DNA of 63,962 nucleotides, counting the filler, from Diploschistes diacapsis (Eukaryota): the NCBI GenBank assembly GCA_023645945.1. It is 9 parts of 9 records of this genome, joined end to end, with 100 filler letters (N's around TTAATTAATTAA, not from the genome) between each part and the next. Parts side by side here need not be neighbours in the genome. Positions count along the whole stretch, not along the records: positions 24,516 to 26,569 come from JALAIB010002406.1; positions 26,670 to 28,721 come from JALAIB010002407.1; positions 28,822 to 30,872 come from JALAIB010002408.1; positions 30,973 to 33,023 come from JALAIB010002409.1; positions 33,124 to 57,514 come from JALAIB010000241.1; 4 more parts are not named here. The stretch is one strand, 5' to 3'. Both the position numbers and the translations under genes were made by a program. This document shows, piece by piece, positions 24,516-36,769 of the stretch (the stretch's first letter is position 1; each line of letters starts with the position of its first letter). A model generated the notes under the pieces. That model saw nothing but the letters and a program-made list of their open reading frames with translations. It was not told the origin of the DNA and ran no database searches.

Positions 24516-26569
24516 ATATAAAATACGTTAAATAAGATAATTAACCGACGATATCTAATATCCTGTTATTAATTTCGAAAATATTTTCGATATCTTACGG
24601 GAATTTGATTAATTAAATTTTAAAAAACTACGATTTTTATGACTAATAACGTCTAAAAATAAATAACCTATATTAATAAAAACTATAAACGGGAACGAAC
24701 TTTTAAAATAAAGCGGTAACGATTCGTTTATTACGACGATTACGTTCTTCTATAAAATCTAAAAGTATATTTAATTAAAAATGTCGTTGAAAAGGATTCG
24801 AGAATAAAAAAATAATAATTTTAAAAGAATAACGAGTATCTTTTTAAAAAAACGTAGCAAAAGGAAAGAAATCGAGGTATAATATAATTAAAAAGAAGCA
24901 TCGCGTTTATAAAAGACATAAACATTTAAAGAAAAGAATAATAAAATAGATTAATTTAGACGCCTATTAAGCTATCGAGATCATATAACGGCAGGATTAT
25001 ATAACGGTAGGGTTATATAATAGGTGCCAGCCGTGCTAAGGATGGTAAAGGGTGGCTGTGTAGGCGAGTAGGACCCGAATCCCGTAGGACTGGCACCTAT
25101 ACACTATTTATTCCTGCCACCCTCCTACCTAAATAGTTTCTTCTCTAGCTTTTCGAATCGAAACCTTTTACCTGCAGATGCCAGCTACACGTAATCCTTC
25201 CGGATCAGGCCCAGCCCCCGGTAGTGTAGCATCCTTTCCTGCGCTGGCGTTCCATAAGTTAATAAATTATTAGTAATATTCGAATTAATTAGTACTAGAG
25301 GTATCGGATTTAACGGGGTCTATCAGGTACTGTATATTGTCGCGACATTATTAAGAATGGCGTATTTTATATTACGTAAGCGTGGAAATTCGTGGCGTAA
25401 GAGCTTTAGCGAGTTTTTAACGCCAGCCATCCGGCGCTAAATTAGCGCATTTTTTCATATTTTTTTCGAAAAAATATTTTTTTAAAATACTAAAAAAAGG
25501 ATTTTTTATTTTTTGATTACGTAATAAAAAAGATTGGCCTCGCTATCTTCGCCGGTTTCGTCAGTTTCGCCAGAAAAAAATTTTGGCTAGAAAAACTTTT
25601 CGTGATGAAATGAACTATAAAAATCGCTAAACCAAATAAGTATTACAGAAATTATAAAAACTCGAATATTAATTTTTTAAAATTACGATATACTTTTACT
25701 AAAACCCTTATATTACCGATTTATAAGGAAGCAAGATCGTTTTCACCGTAAGCTTCATGCGTGACCGCGTATTAGTAAAAAAAATTATATGACGGTTTTT
25801 GTTTAATTAAATAGAAAAACGAGTACGGTATATTTGAGGATTTCGAGAAATTTAGGAACTAAGTCCGATTAACTTTCGATATTATTAACGATAAAAAATG
25901 TTTGGCAACGTAATGGATATATTGAAGTCTAGAGGTCTTATCTTAGGAAATAATCCTATTATGTAGACTTTTATACCCACGGGACTCGCTAAGCCTTATT
26001 GTCCATATTATACCTGATCGGTTTAGTCAGGATTTCACCGGATTTCATAAGGTTTAATTAAACTGAACTGGACTGAATCTCGCTAAGTTCATCTGAACTG
26101 AACTTTCCGGGTTCTTTTAATAAACTTTCTAGAATAAGCCGAGCTTATAACCATATCTTCCGTCTACCTGCTTAATATTTTCTTATAAACGAAATCATTA
26201 AGTATATTAATTTAACTAAATATCTTTAAATTAAAACCGATTATCTTTAAAAAACATTATACTTTCGAATAATATAACAACGTTATTTTAAACGTCGTAA
26301 TTCCCAACGACCATTTCATAAACCTTATTTTATATAATTCTTGATCCCGACAGTCCAGAAAACAACAATATATCTCAAATATAAAAAATCAGAATCTAAT
26401 CTTTTCAGCGTACCGTATATAATCTAAATAAAGTATTCCTTCCCCTAACTTTGATTCGTCGTCTTCGAGTAAGAATCAAGTATCTAAACAGATATAGCTG
26501 ATCGATAAATTTAGATTCAAATTCAGTTTTATATCTAAACCTTCTACATCGTGTTAATAAATTAAATAT
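24516..26569. mobile_element. AT-rich RIP-degraded transposon debris
   Basis: Very AT-rich, TpA-rich and CpA/TpG-poor with CpG retained (RIP signature, judged by eye). No ORFs; several terminal-repeat-like motifs. Confidence 0.65.
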
Positions 26570-27240
26570 NNNNNNNNNNNNNNNNNNNNNNNNNNNNNNN
26601 NNNNNNNNNNNNNTTAATTAATTAANNNNNNNNNNNNNNNNNNNNNNNNNNNNNNNNNNNNNNNNNNNNAATTAACTCGAATATTATTAATGCTTTATTA
26701 ACTTAGCGAAAATACTTTACATAATAATAATAATAATAATAATTAAATAATTACGTAGTTACCTAATATTATGATTATATAATTATTAATTATTTATTAT
26801 TATTAATGATATTAGTATTATATTATAATCATTAATTTTTTTGGCTTACGTAATATATTAGTAAAAAATGTTTGGCCTCGCCATCTTCGCCGGTTTCGCC
26901 GGTTTCGCCGGTTTCGCCAGTTTCGCGAACTTCGGTTTTCGCGGTGTTTCGCCGCCAGAAACTTTTCGTGATGTACCACACGGGTTCAGCTAAACTGAAC
27001 CTAAATTTAAAATTCAATCGAGTTTATAATTATGTTTTCCGTTTATTTAATCAACATTTCCTTACAGGCGGAGTTATTTAATATGTTTAATAATCCAACT
27101 AGATATCTTTTGAACTAAACCGAATCCTTTAATAAGGGCATCATGCTTCGAGTAGTTTAATAGCTTCGTGAGCCTCTCAGCAATCATCCTGTAATTCTAT
27201 CTTGCATACTTTTCGTTCCGATATAAGATTGGCCTTTAAT

Positions 27241-27981
27241 TCAAACGTACTGTGGGTAATTATCAAGGACGTAATCCACCTCTTTACTTTCAAGTAGGCT
27301 GGCCGTTTCGTGCCACGGTCACTGACACGGACACTGCAACAAAAATTTTCAAAACACGGACACTAACACGGACACGACAGCTAAAATTTTAAAACACGGA
27401 CACTGACACGGATATTATATTATAATAAAAACACGGACACGGACACTGCAATTAAAAATTTTTAAATATTAATACTGACACGGACACTGTATTTCCGTGA
27501 ATTCACCGAAACATTACGGTGAATCTACCGAAACACTGCAATAAAAAATTTTTAAAAAAATTAAAGCGTGAGAAATAGGCGTGATAATTCTAGAATTATT
27601 AAAATTAAAAAAATAATTTAAAGTGTTTCGATGAATGCACGAATACGGACATTATAATAAAAAAAATTTCGACACGGACACTAACACGGATATTATATTA
27701 TAATAAAAGCACGGATACGGACATTGTAATTAAAAATTTTAAAACATTAATATTATTACGGACATTACATTTCCGTGAATCCACGGACACGGACACCGTA
27801 GCTAAAAAATCTAAAACACGGACACTGACACTGTCAGTATCCGTGTCACTGACACGGCCGTGTCAGTATCAGTGACGGCCAGCCTACTTTCAAGGTATAT
27901 ACGTAGGAGTTCGAACCATTGCTGTTGGTTCTCCTTTTTTAGTATGGAAGCAACCCGTTTATTAAATAGAATATCTTCCAT
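27241..27981 (-). mobile_element. Ty1/Copia gag N-terminal remnant interrupted by a MITE
   Basis: Removing 27295-27886 plus one TSD copy restores MEDILFNKRVASILKKENQQQWFELLRIYLESKEVDYVL.., which resembles the Copia gag N-terminus (L..EN...W....YL.SK.V.YV). Confidence 0.55.
27295..27886. mobile_element. 592-bp non-autonomous hAT element
   Basis: Perfect 12-bp TIR TAGGCTGGCCGT/ACGGCCAGCCTA and perfect 8-bp TSD CTTTCAAG (27287-27294, 27887-27894), with many ACACGGACAC repeats inside. Confidence 0.9.
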
Positions 27982-28089
27982 CCCGTTACTATTTTCGTAA
28001 AAAAAAAGGAATTAAAGAATAAATGACTCGTAATTAATAAATAATTAAAGAATAATCCAAAGATAAATCCTCTATGATAAAAATAAAAA

Positions 28090-28441
28090 TGATTAAATAA
28101 GTTCAGTAACGGTTTAATTAAACTTCGATGATTATCGAGTAATCGAGTAAGTTTAACGGCGGTTCGACTTAATTTCGATAATTAGCAAAGAATGGAATAG
28201 GATCAATAGCGGTTCAACTGAATTTCGATAATTAACGAAATAATCGAGTGAATTCAGCGGCGATTTAATTAAATTTCGATAAATAAAAAGTGATCGAATA
28301 GGTTCAGCCAATGTTCGGCTAAATCTCGATAATTATCGAGGAATCAGATAGATTTAACAGCGATTCAGTTAAACTTCGATAATTAACGGAAAATCGAGTG
28401 AATTCAACGACGATTCAGTTGAATCTTAATGATTATCGAGG
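28090..28441. repeat. degenerate ~50-bp tandem array (~7 units)
   Basis: A TTCGAT-like anchor recurs at 28124, 28174, 28224, 28275, 28325, 28375 and 28425. Confidence 0.75.
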
Positions 28442-28476
28442 AAAAGGAAAGGAAATGTTTTTCTTTAATTTATATA

Positions 28477-28721
28477 ACGTGTTTGACGGGGAGTTGGGCC
28501 ACCCCCCCATCTGGGCCACCTCATATTGCGATATTCATCATTCTTTCGGGTTTTCTCGATAATGGCCGCTTCGCATCGAAATAACTCGATATTATTAGAA
28601 TCGGATATTAACGATTATTTACAAATTCTAAATTTTTAATAATATACTAACATTCGAACGACCGCTCGCGTATTTAAAACTCTTTAATCGATTATTATAA
28701 ATCGATTTAATAAAATATAAT
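28477..28721 (+). mobile_element. Fot1/pogo-family transposon left end (RIP-degraded, truncated by gap)
   Basis: TA|ACGTGTTTGACGGGGAGTTGGGCCACCCCCCCATCTGGGCCACC has an ACGT start and two internal GGGCCAC direct repeats, like Tan1/Vader-type TIRs. An ATG at 28562 runs into AT-rich decayed sequence. Confidence 0.65.
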
Positions 28722-28821
28722 NNNNNNNNNNNNNNNNNNNNNNNNNNNNNNNNNNNNNNNNNNNNTTAATTAATTAANNNNNNNNNNNNNNNNNNNNNNN
28801 NNNNNNNNNNNNNNNNNNNNN

Positions 28822-29999
28822 CCCATCTTCCACCCCCTCCTCACCCTCCTAACCGCCTTCTCGAACTCCGCACTCCCCATCTCCGCCTCCAGAATCGACA
28901 ACGTCGGCACCCACACGCAACCCCCGTCCCTCATCTCCCGCAGCGCCGCATCAGCCGCCAGCGGCGTCGCGAAGGGATTCCACCCCAGCTCATCCCCCTC
29001 GTCCTCGAAGCCATGCTCGACACTGGTGACGCCCGCCCTCGCCGCCATCGCCACCGCCCTGGCTCCGCACGCGTGCGCCGCCACCGTGGCCCCCGCCCGT
29101 CGTGCCTCGTCCACCAACGCGTCCAGCTCCTGCTGCATCCACAGCGGCACGTTCGGGCTGCGCGCCTGCCCCGTGGCGGGCGGGAACGGCATGTCCGGAC
29201 TGTGCCAGGGTCCCGGCCCCAGGGCGTTGGCCACGGGCGGCGGAAAGCGCAGCGCGCGCCGGCGATAGTCCGCGTAGACCTTGACGACGTCGGCGCCGGC
29301 GGCGAGTCGGCGGCGTACCGCGGCCCGCACGCCCGGCACGCCGTCTGCGGCGTCGGAGATGCGGGGCGGCAGCGTGTTCCCCGTGCCTGGCCCCAGGGGC
29401 CCGGCGTAGCCCGCGCCCAGCGAAGCGGTGCTGTCGTTCTCGCTGCGGATGGCGTAGCCGCCGGAGGAGGCGATGGCTTCGCCGGCGCAGAAAACGCGCG
29501 GGCCCGGGACGAGGCCGCGGTTGATGGCGTTGCGGAGGTGCGTGTCGGCGTCGCCGAGCCCTTCCGTGCCGAGGTCGCGGTAGGTGGTCCAGCCGGCGTT
29601 GAGGGCCGCGCGGGCGTGCATTGAGGCGCGGAGGACACGCTCAACGGGGGACTCGGAGAGCATCTGGGTGGTTGAGGGGGCTTCTGAGTAAGGGTGGAGG
29701 AAGAGGTGGGTGTGGAGATCTGTAAGGCCGGGAAGGACGAGGGAGTAGGAGGTTAGGTCGATGTCGGCGGTTACGTTGCTGGATTGGAGTGAGGACGGCG
29801 AGGCGGAGGGGCGGGACTCGACATGAGTTACTAGCCCGCTCTGCGGGGATATGGTGAGGGTGATATTTTTCGAGAAGGACTTGGAGAGAGAGTCGAAGAG
29901 TAGGCTGGTGTGAACGCGGAAAGGCTCGGTGCTTTGTGTCCATTTGCTGGGTGTCGTGACCGTTGGAATAGAATTGGTCCCCGCGGTCAGCGACTCCAT
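28822..29999 (-). CDS. metal-dependent amidohydrolase (Xaa-Pro dipeptidase-like), 3' end lost in gap
   Basis: LPGLTDLHTHLF, GWTTYRDLG, PGPRVFCAG, GADVVKVYA, VAAHA, GVTSVEHG, WVPTL motifs. Confidence 0.9.
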
Positions 30000-31310
30000 T
30001 GAACAAGAATATTCCCCCGCGAAGTGCGCGGACTGGATCGCAGAGGCTGCAATAGCGGAAGAGCTCCCTTCCACGGGGTTCGCATGATGTTGGAGACAAT
30101 TACGCGTCATGACTTATGATTTGAATATGTAAAATCCCACACCTGGAAACTGTAATGGGCAATTCTTCTAAAGAGGGGCAAGCAGAACCTTATGCTCGAC
30201 TCTGACACGGTGGTGAGCTCCGCTACAACTCCGTCGTGCTCGGGCGATTTTGGCATCAGGGTTCATCAGCAAGGGCGCTGCACGGCTAGTAGGTATGCAC
30301 ACTACAATAAGTGGGGAACTGGTTCACGGAAAAGGGTTATAGTACATAATCTGAGCAGGAAATGATACACAGAATAGTCCGTATAGTGAAGTAATACGAT
30401 GAAACGATCACTTCGAACGAGAAGTCGCAGCATCTGGCGGGGTATTTGCGAAAATGCAAGCAGTGCAATTTGATGTTCACACCCTCTTCCGCAGAGGGCG
30501 CTATTTAAGGAGTGGTAACGAGGCCAAAAGAGCCACATGGCAAATACACAGGTAAGGCAACAGACATCAACCACCCCGGAAGCGACCCGCCAGATCCATC
30601 AAACCACTGCCCAATAATCTAGCCTCGAGCCGTACCAGAGCGGACCATAATCCAAGCATGAGCCTCGAAATCTTCGTGAACGTATTGTAGTCGAAGGCGG
30701 ACGAGCCAATCGACGTGCCGATAGAACGAAGCAACATGCCAAGAGATAACTTTTACTCCCTCTGTCGCTGCGTTTCACATCGTCCCCTCGTCTGTGCCTA
30801 ACCTTAAAAACAAGCAAGTTCAACCGGGTGCTGGTGGGGGGGGGAATGTTGTTGAATCCATTAGTGTAATTGNNNNNNNNNNNNNNNNNNNNNNNNNNNN
30901 NNNNNNNNNNNNNNNNTTAATTAATTAANNNNNNNNNNNNNNNNNNNNNNNNNNNNNNNNNNNNNNNNNNNNATTTTATATAGTTCTACGTATTTCTATA
31001 AGTGACATACATTTGTATATAAATTATATAGAGATCTAGATACCTGGCAGAGCCACAGCGAGCTAGGTAGAATGCATCACTAAAGCGCCATCAAATATGT
31101 TACACAATTTTACAGTAGGCAGAATAGCATATACCCGTAGATTTATGCATCCATAAGCTTGGCGTTCAGAGCGCGACATGACTTACCACTTTTTAATTCT
31201 ATCTTCATCCTCTAATATTGCTTTACTCTTCGGTATCCCTTGCGCGCTAATAAGTAGCACGTTGCCGAGCTCTTATATTATTCCGTTGTCTCAAGCGTCT
31301 TTGGATCAAC

Positions 31311-32215
31311 ATGTTATCAAATGATAATGGCGCTAAATTTTGGGATCCAAGTCAATTCTTGCAGCAGCACGCGCAGCATCCTTATACAGCTCTAGTTCTG
31401 AATCAGCCGATTGAAAATGCTGCGGTTTTCATAAAGATCTGCGAGCGAGGTCAGTCTAACCCACCCATCAATTAATTGATTCTTGCTCACTGTTGATAGC
31501 GACCCAAGTTATTGCAGCTGATGGTGGGGCGAATCGTATCTACGACCTTTTCGCGGCCGAAAGTAGTTTTCTCATAGTCAGTGCGTGCAAACCCCACAAG
31601 ATAGTTTTTGTTTATTAATCGGACCAGACTCCGAATTTCATAATAGGTGACTTCGATAGCATTCGACCAGATGTTAAAAAGTTCTACGAGAGACTAAAAT
31701 ATGTCCGATTCCTCTACAATGATGACAAATACTCGACAGACTTCACGAAATGCTTGGAGTTCATTGCGAAGACCCAAACAAACCAGCAAACGCAGCCGCA
31801 GGGGCAACCTGAAGGCGCTATGCCTGGGTCGACTATTGTATTTGGAGGTCTGGGAGGTAGAGCCGACCAAGCTTTTGCGCAGATTCATCAGCTCTACATG
31901 GCTGCGTTGAAACCAGCCCTGGACTGCGGCGATGTGTATCTCTTTACCCCTTCTAGCGTCATCTTCATACTGGAGGAAGGGGAGAATGTGATCAAGACAC
32001 CTTTATCGTGCGGTGCCTTGGATGAAAGTGTAGGTATAATCCCAATCTTAGGGCCAGCGAAGATCACGACCAAAGGCCTGGAATGGGACGTCGAAGACTG
32101 GCACACGAGCTTTGAAGCCGAAATGAGCACTAGTAACCACATCAAAGCTGATCAGATCATGGTAAAGGCCTCGCACAGAGTACTCTTTACTCTTCATCTT
32201 GCGAGCAAAACGTGA
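31311..32215 (+). CDS. THI80: thiamine pyrophosphokinase
   Basis: LVLNQPI, AADGGANR, IIGDFDSIR, YSTDFTKCL, GGLGGRADQ, TTKGLEWDV, STSNHI. Introns at 31450-31499 and 31577-31627. Confidence 0.92.
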
Positions 32216-32892
32216 TTTTGTTGCGCACATATGCATATCGCGCCGGGCTGCTCGCAAGCACTCATTGGAGTAATCTAAAGTTGAGCCTCAAGCTTCAACC
32301 ATTTACGAAAGACTTGAGCGGGCTTGTGTTATCAGGAGCACCTCGGCATCATGAAAGGTGGGAAGGATGAGCTGGAATCGGGTACTTGGGGAGTGCCCTG
32401 GACATATATCCACCGCTCTTAGTAGAGCGGTGGCATGACCTGCATTGATTTCTCTACATTAGATATGGTGTTTCTTTGGATGCCCCATTCCTGGATAACT
32501 CAATCTTGGAGGCACACACTCTTCATGAATCAAATTATTAGGCGAGGATCCTTTGCTATCGATATCTAAAGCCCAGTCCTTATCGTCTACCAATAAAAGC
32601 AATGTTCAGATCAGAGTGCGAAGGAAAGTATCAATGTGGCTGGCACTGTTTGCTGAATCAAATCTCATGTTGGATTTCCCATGCACAAGACAGTCAACAA
32701 CTTATAACTCGAACACAGTACTGGAGAATGCGCTAAGAGTTCGCCCGTTCTGGAAGAGTAAATCCGCTTCCGCGATATCAAAGCCCCCTGCGTCATTAGA
32801 CATGAGCACGAGCAACCATTTATCACCTTAACCCTCCATCACCTCTGCCCGACCTAGAAACCCATCCACAAGAGGAAATCAAAAACCCCACG

Positions 32893-33023
32893 ATGCCTTC
32901 CGCGCCCCTAAACTACGTCTCCTCCGCCGAGTCCACCAACCCCACCATCTCCTCCACGCTGCCCCAGGAAGTCATCTCCTGCCTCGGTAATGCCCGCTTC
33001 GTTCGCCTCTCCTCCCATTCCCC
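32893..33023 (+). CDS. pyridoxamine-5'-phosphate oxidase-like (YGR017W family) protein, first exon only
   Basis: SSTLPQEVISCLGNARF followed by a GTTCGC donor matches the family's LP.EV..CL.NARF|LHLAT start. The rest is lost at the gap. Confidence 0.6.
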
Positions 33024-36000
33024 NNNNNNNNNNNNNNNNNNNNNNNNNNNNNNNNNNNNNNNNNNNNTTAATTAATTAANNNNNNNNNNNNNNNNNNNNN
33101 NNNNNNNNNNNNNNNNNNNNNNNCCCCAGGGCCCCAGCCCACCACCACCTCAGACGATTGTGTGTGCGCGGGGGTGTCCCCGCCCGGGGGTTTTTGAAGA
33201 CCGGCCAGTGGGAAATCTGGGGCAGAACGTCCGAGCCGAGTCCTCTTCTCACCACCAAAGCGCCCTCGCGCCTGTATATAGCAGCAAACTTCACCCCAGC
33301 ATTACCTTCTCCCCTCGAAAAGCCTAGAGTCATAGCAAGAATAAAGGGAATCAACAATGATAAGATAAGCCTGGAAAAGCGGAGGTTATCGGTGTCCCAT
33401 ATACGATGCACTAAGATAAAAGCCCCCTCAGAGCCTGCAGTTTCAGTTAGAACTAGCATACACAAGCGCATCACATGAGTACCATGCAGCGTGGTCAACT
33501 TATCCAAAGCCATCCCTTAGTCCTCCATGTCGCCATGGTCCTCAGCTTTATAAATGAGATGAGTCTGCTGAGCCATGCCCTTCCTTTGACTCTGGTGCCT
33601 ATGGTTTACGAGCAAACGCCTTGCAAGAAGTAGGAGCCAAGCACGAGGAAATGGCGGATAAATGCAGGCAAGTAGCCATGCATATGCAATAGAACACAGT
33701 ACATCGGCACTATACTACTGTGAGATGTGTAACGATATACTAGATAGGCAACGCGCAGCGCCATAGACTCGTGCTGTATCTCCCTCATCGACTTTGATAT
33801 CAAATATACCACCCACGTCTCTGTAAATTTCCATATCAGGGTAAAGAAAACAGCGAGTAGATTGATACCACAGAAGAGCAGGGGGACGACGAGGTTAAAA
33901 TTTGAGCCTAGTGATAAGGACATGGTTCTTATGGAAAGGGCACTGTTCCTCTATAAGATAACGATCAAGAAACAAGGTGTATTGAGCGTACCGTCAGCAA
34001 GCCTTGGGATGTGAAAGATTATGTCTTCGTTTTGCTTCACTTGCTTCTAGCCGAGTGGAGGTAAGATGTGAAGGCGGCAATTTACTGCTGGTTCATATAT
34101 GCCTGCAATGGCTGCGGAGCATATTAGGTGACCTACGAAAGGATTGCCCTAATGACTGACTACTTCAAGATGGATTGTACAGATGCTACCGAGAGCCTTT
34201 GAAACCCGTAATTAATATCCGAAAGAGCATAACGAAGATGCATTCCCAAAGTGAACATAGCTCTGGCGTTCCCGTGTTACAGCCTATCAAGAAAGATGAA
34301 ATGCCAGAGTTCTAAGACATTCGGATATGCCAAACGTATCGAGAGACAGGGGGGCATCAACCCTATAGCAACAAGAAGACTAGCGCACTAGTGCCATACA
34401 GCAGGAGCTTTCAACACTTACAGGGGATGCGAAACGGAACACTACGCCTAGGTTTACTAGCTATTCCACGTTACGAATGGAAGAAAGCAGGAACAAACAA
34501 TATATCCGCTTCTATATCGGAGAGTCATTGGATATAGGAAGATGAATCCTTAACACCTACATGTCGTCGGTTCTTAGCCAGAATAACTAACTCCCTTGCA
34601 TATTTCAGGACCTGAATGGGCAGTGCACACTGCTCCACAAGCTTCCCAAGGTACGGTCAAATCTTTCAATAAATGGGAAGGACGTTGGCGAGAGGCTGGA
34701 ACTACGCCATAATATGCTCGAAGAATTATGGCTGTAGTGCCTCCAGGTCTCACGATGGCTCCGGGTAAGACAGCCCGAAAGGGAGTCCGAGCTCAATGAA
34801 AGATTCCAACAGGAGCTATAACAACACAATGCTTGTACCATCTATATTAGCGACTATGGTGGTATCAGAAAGCTCTAAGTTCGCTGTTCGCAGATCCCAG
34901 TTCGGCCAGGGTCTTTGGAGTAAACTAAGTGACGAAATTGGTTCAGGTCATATATTTTCGTCCAATACAACTGAGTACTGAACTCTGGAACTTCGTGCCG
35001 TAGACGATTGAAACCAGAGACCCAGGAATCCCTAGCTAGCTTTCAAGGGAGGGACTGTGGAAGGATGAAGACGTTAATAGATGGGGTTGCAATTTTAAAA
35101 TTATTGACTCGAAGGCTCTTGTTATTACTGAATACCCTGCCTAGCAAGCGAACTTGGGATCAACGAAACTCTTATCGGCGCAAGGGGAGATGAACAAAGA
35201 AAAGAAGAGGATTCCGAATCCTAAAGCTCGCAAGAAAGGAAAAGGGTTCGTCCAAGGTAAGCTTGATGAAGAGGAAGCGACATTCGAGAGACGCGAGCAA
35301 CAGTCTCCAGAAACAGAGGCTGTTAAATTATCAAAATCTAGCTCAACGTTTGAGAGACAGCTTGGCCAGAGGTTGAACATAACGCTTGATATGGCTTTCC
35401 ACGTACATTTGTCAGTGGACAAGCGCCCAATATCGAAGAAGAGCTATGCAGGAAGCGAAAGCCAAACACTTACCTTCAACCATCCGGTTCCCTTGCAGCC
35501 GAGGTGAACTCCCGTCACAATAATGCTGCGATACCTGAACACAACATGGAGGAGTATTCGAGTCCATTTCAACTGTTATGTGAATTGGAGGCCTCGAAAT
35601 CGAGTTCACGTGGTAACATGACTCGAAACAAGGAGCATCAGAGAACGTGACATACTGACGTCGAGGAAGTGGACTGTTTTCCGCACATAAACATATGATA
35701 GGCAGATCGTCGAGAAGAATGGCGGCTATTAAGAGTCAACCTTTTGCCAGCAGTATATACGGCTTGGAGGGCATAGAGAAGGAACTATATACAGCACCGC
35801 TATTGATCTGCCTGAACAAGAATCAGAAGCTAGCATCGGTACACCAGTCTGTGGTGAACCTCTGCTCCCACCCCAGGGATATGTGGGAAATATATTCACG
35901 GAAATCTGGGAAATTGCAGTTCGGTTGCTGCGTGCTGGGATGTCTCTTCCTTTTGTTTCCCTCTCTTTTATTCTTGACTCGATCGATATGAGCGGAAAAG

Positions 36001-36769
36001 GAAGTAAAAAACCCCCATCACACATTCACTGATAGCTTTGTTAAAGTTGAGTGTTTTATCGTTTGGCAGCAATCCCCAGGCTACCGGAATGGAACTACCA
36101 GGATGCAGAGAAACAGCCTTTATTAAGACTATGTTGATGAGCTGGTTGATGATGATTCTTTGACATGTGGGAGATTTAGATCGTAATGTGTGGAAAAAGA
36201 ACCATGTCCATTAATTGGACAAGATGATTACTTTATGAAAAAGTTCACACAGCTGGAGAACTTCCATGCATGTATATATATATATATATACATATAAAAC
36301 ATAGTGCAGCCGGACCCCCAATCCATCCCGTCAAGATTAGAACCGTCACAGTCACAGACGCGCGCACACAAAACCAGAAAAGCTTCGTTCACGTTCACGT
36401 TCACGTTCACATCTGCAACTATGTATCACATTTACATCCACAGGCTTTCCTTACATCCCCATCCCTTTTCTATTCTCCCCTCCCTCTTCCCCCCAACCTG
36501 CCAACCCGCCCTTTCAGCATCTTAGGAATAAGATAGAGCGAGGCCACTGATAAAAACTACAAACAGGGTATATGTCGCGCAAAGCATTCCTCCAGTCTCT
36601 CCCCTCTCTGCAAATAATTCAATAAAAATTGAAAAAGGAGCAACAACAACAGCAACCGCCACCTCTGCTCCTGCCCCTCCTGAGGCTTTGGTATCCTCTC
36701 ACACCATAAACCTCTTTTCATCATCTTCTTGGATTTTAATTCCAATTTCCACTCCCCAGCCCCAGCACC

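Noticed and set aside
27320..28441. CRISPR-like arrays
   Set aside because: Eukaryotic context, degenerate tandem units without unique spacers, and no cas genes; they are transposon repeats.
28822..33023. Amidohydrolase-THI80-PNPOx-like vitamin salvage cluster
   Set aside because: The amidohydrolase is on a different block. THI80 and the YGR017W-like gene are adjacent, but nothing shows a shared pathway.
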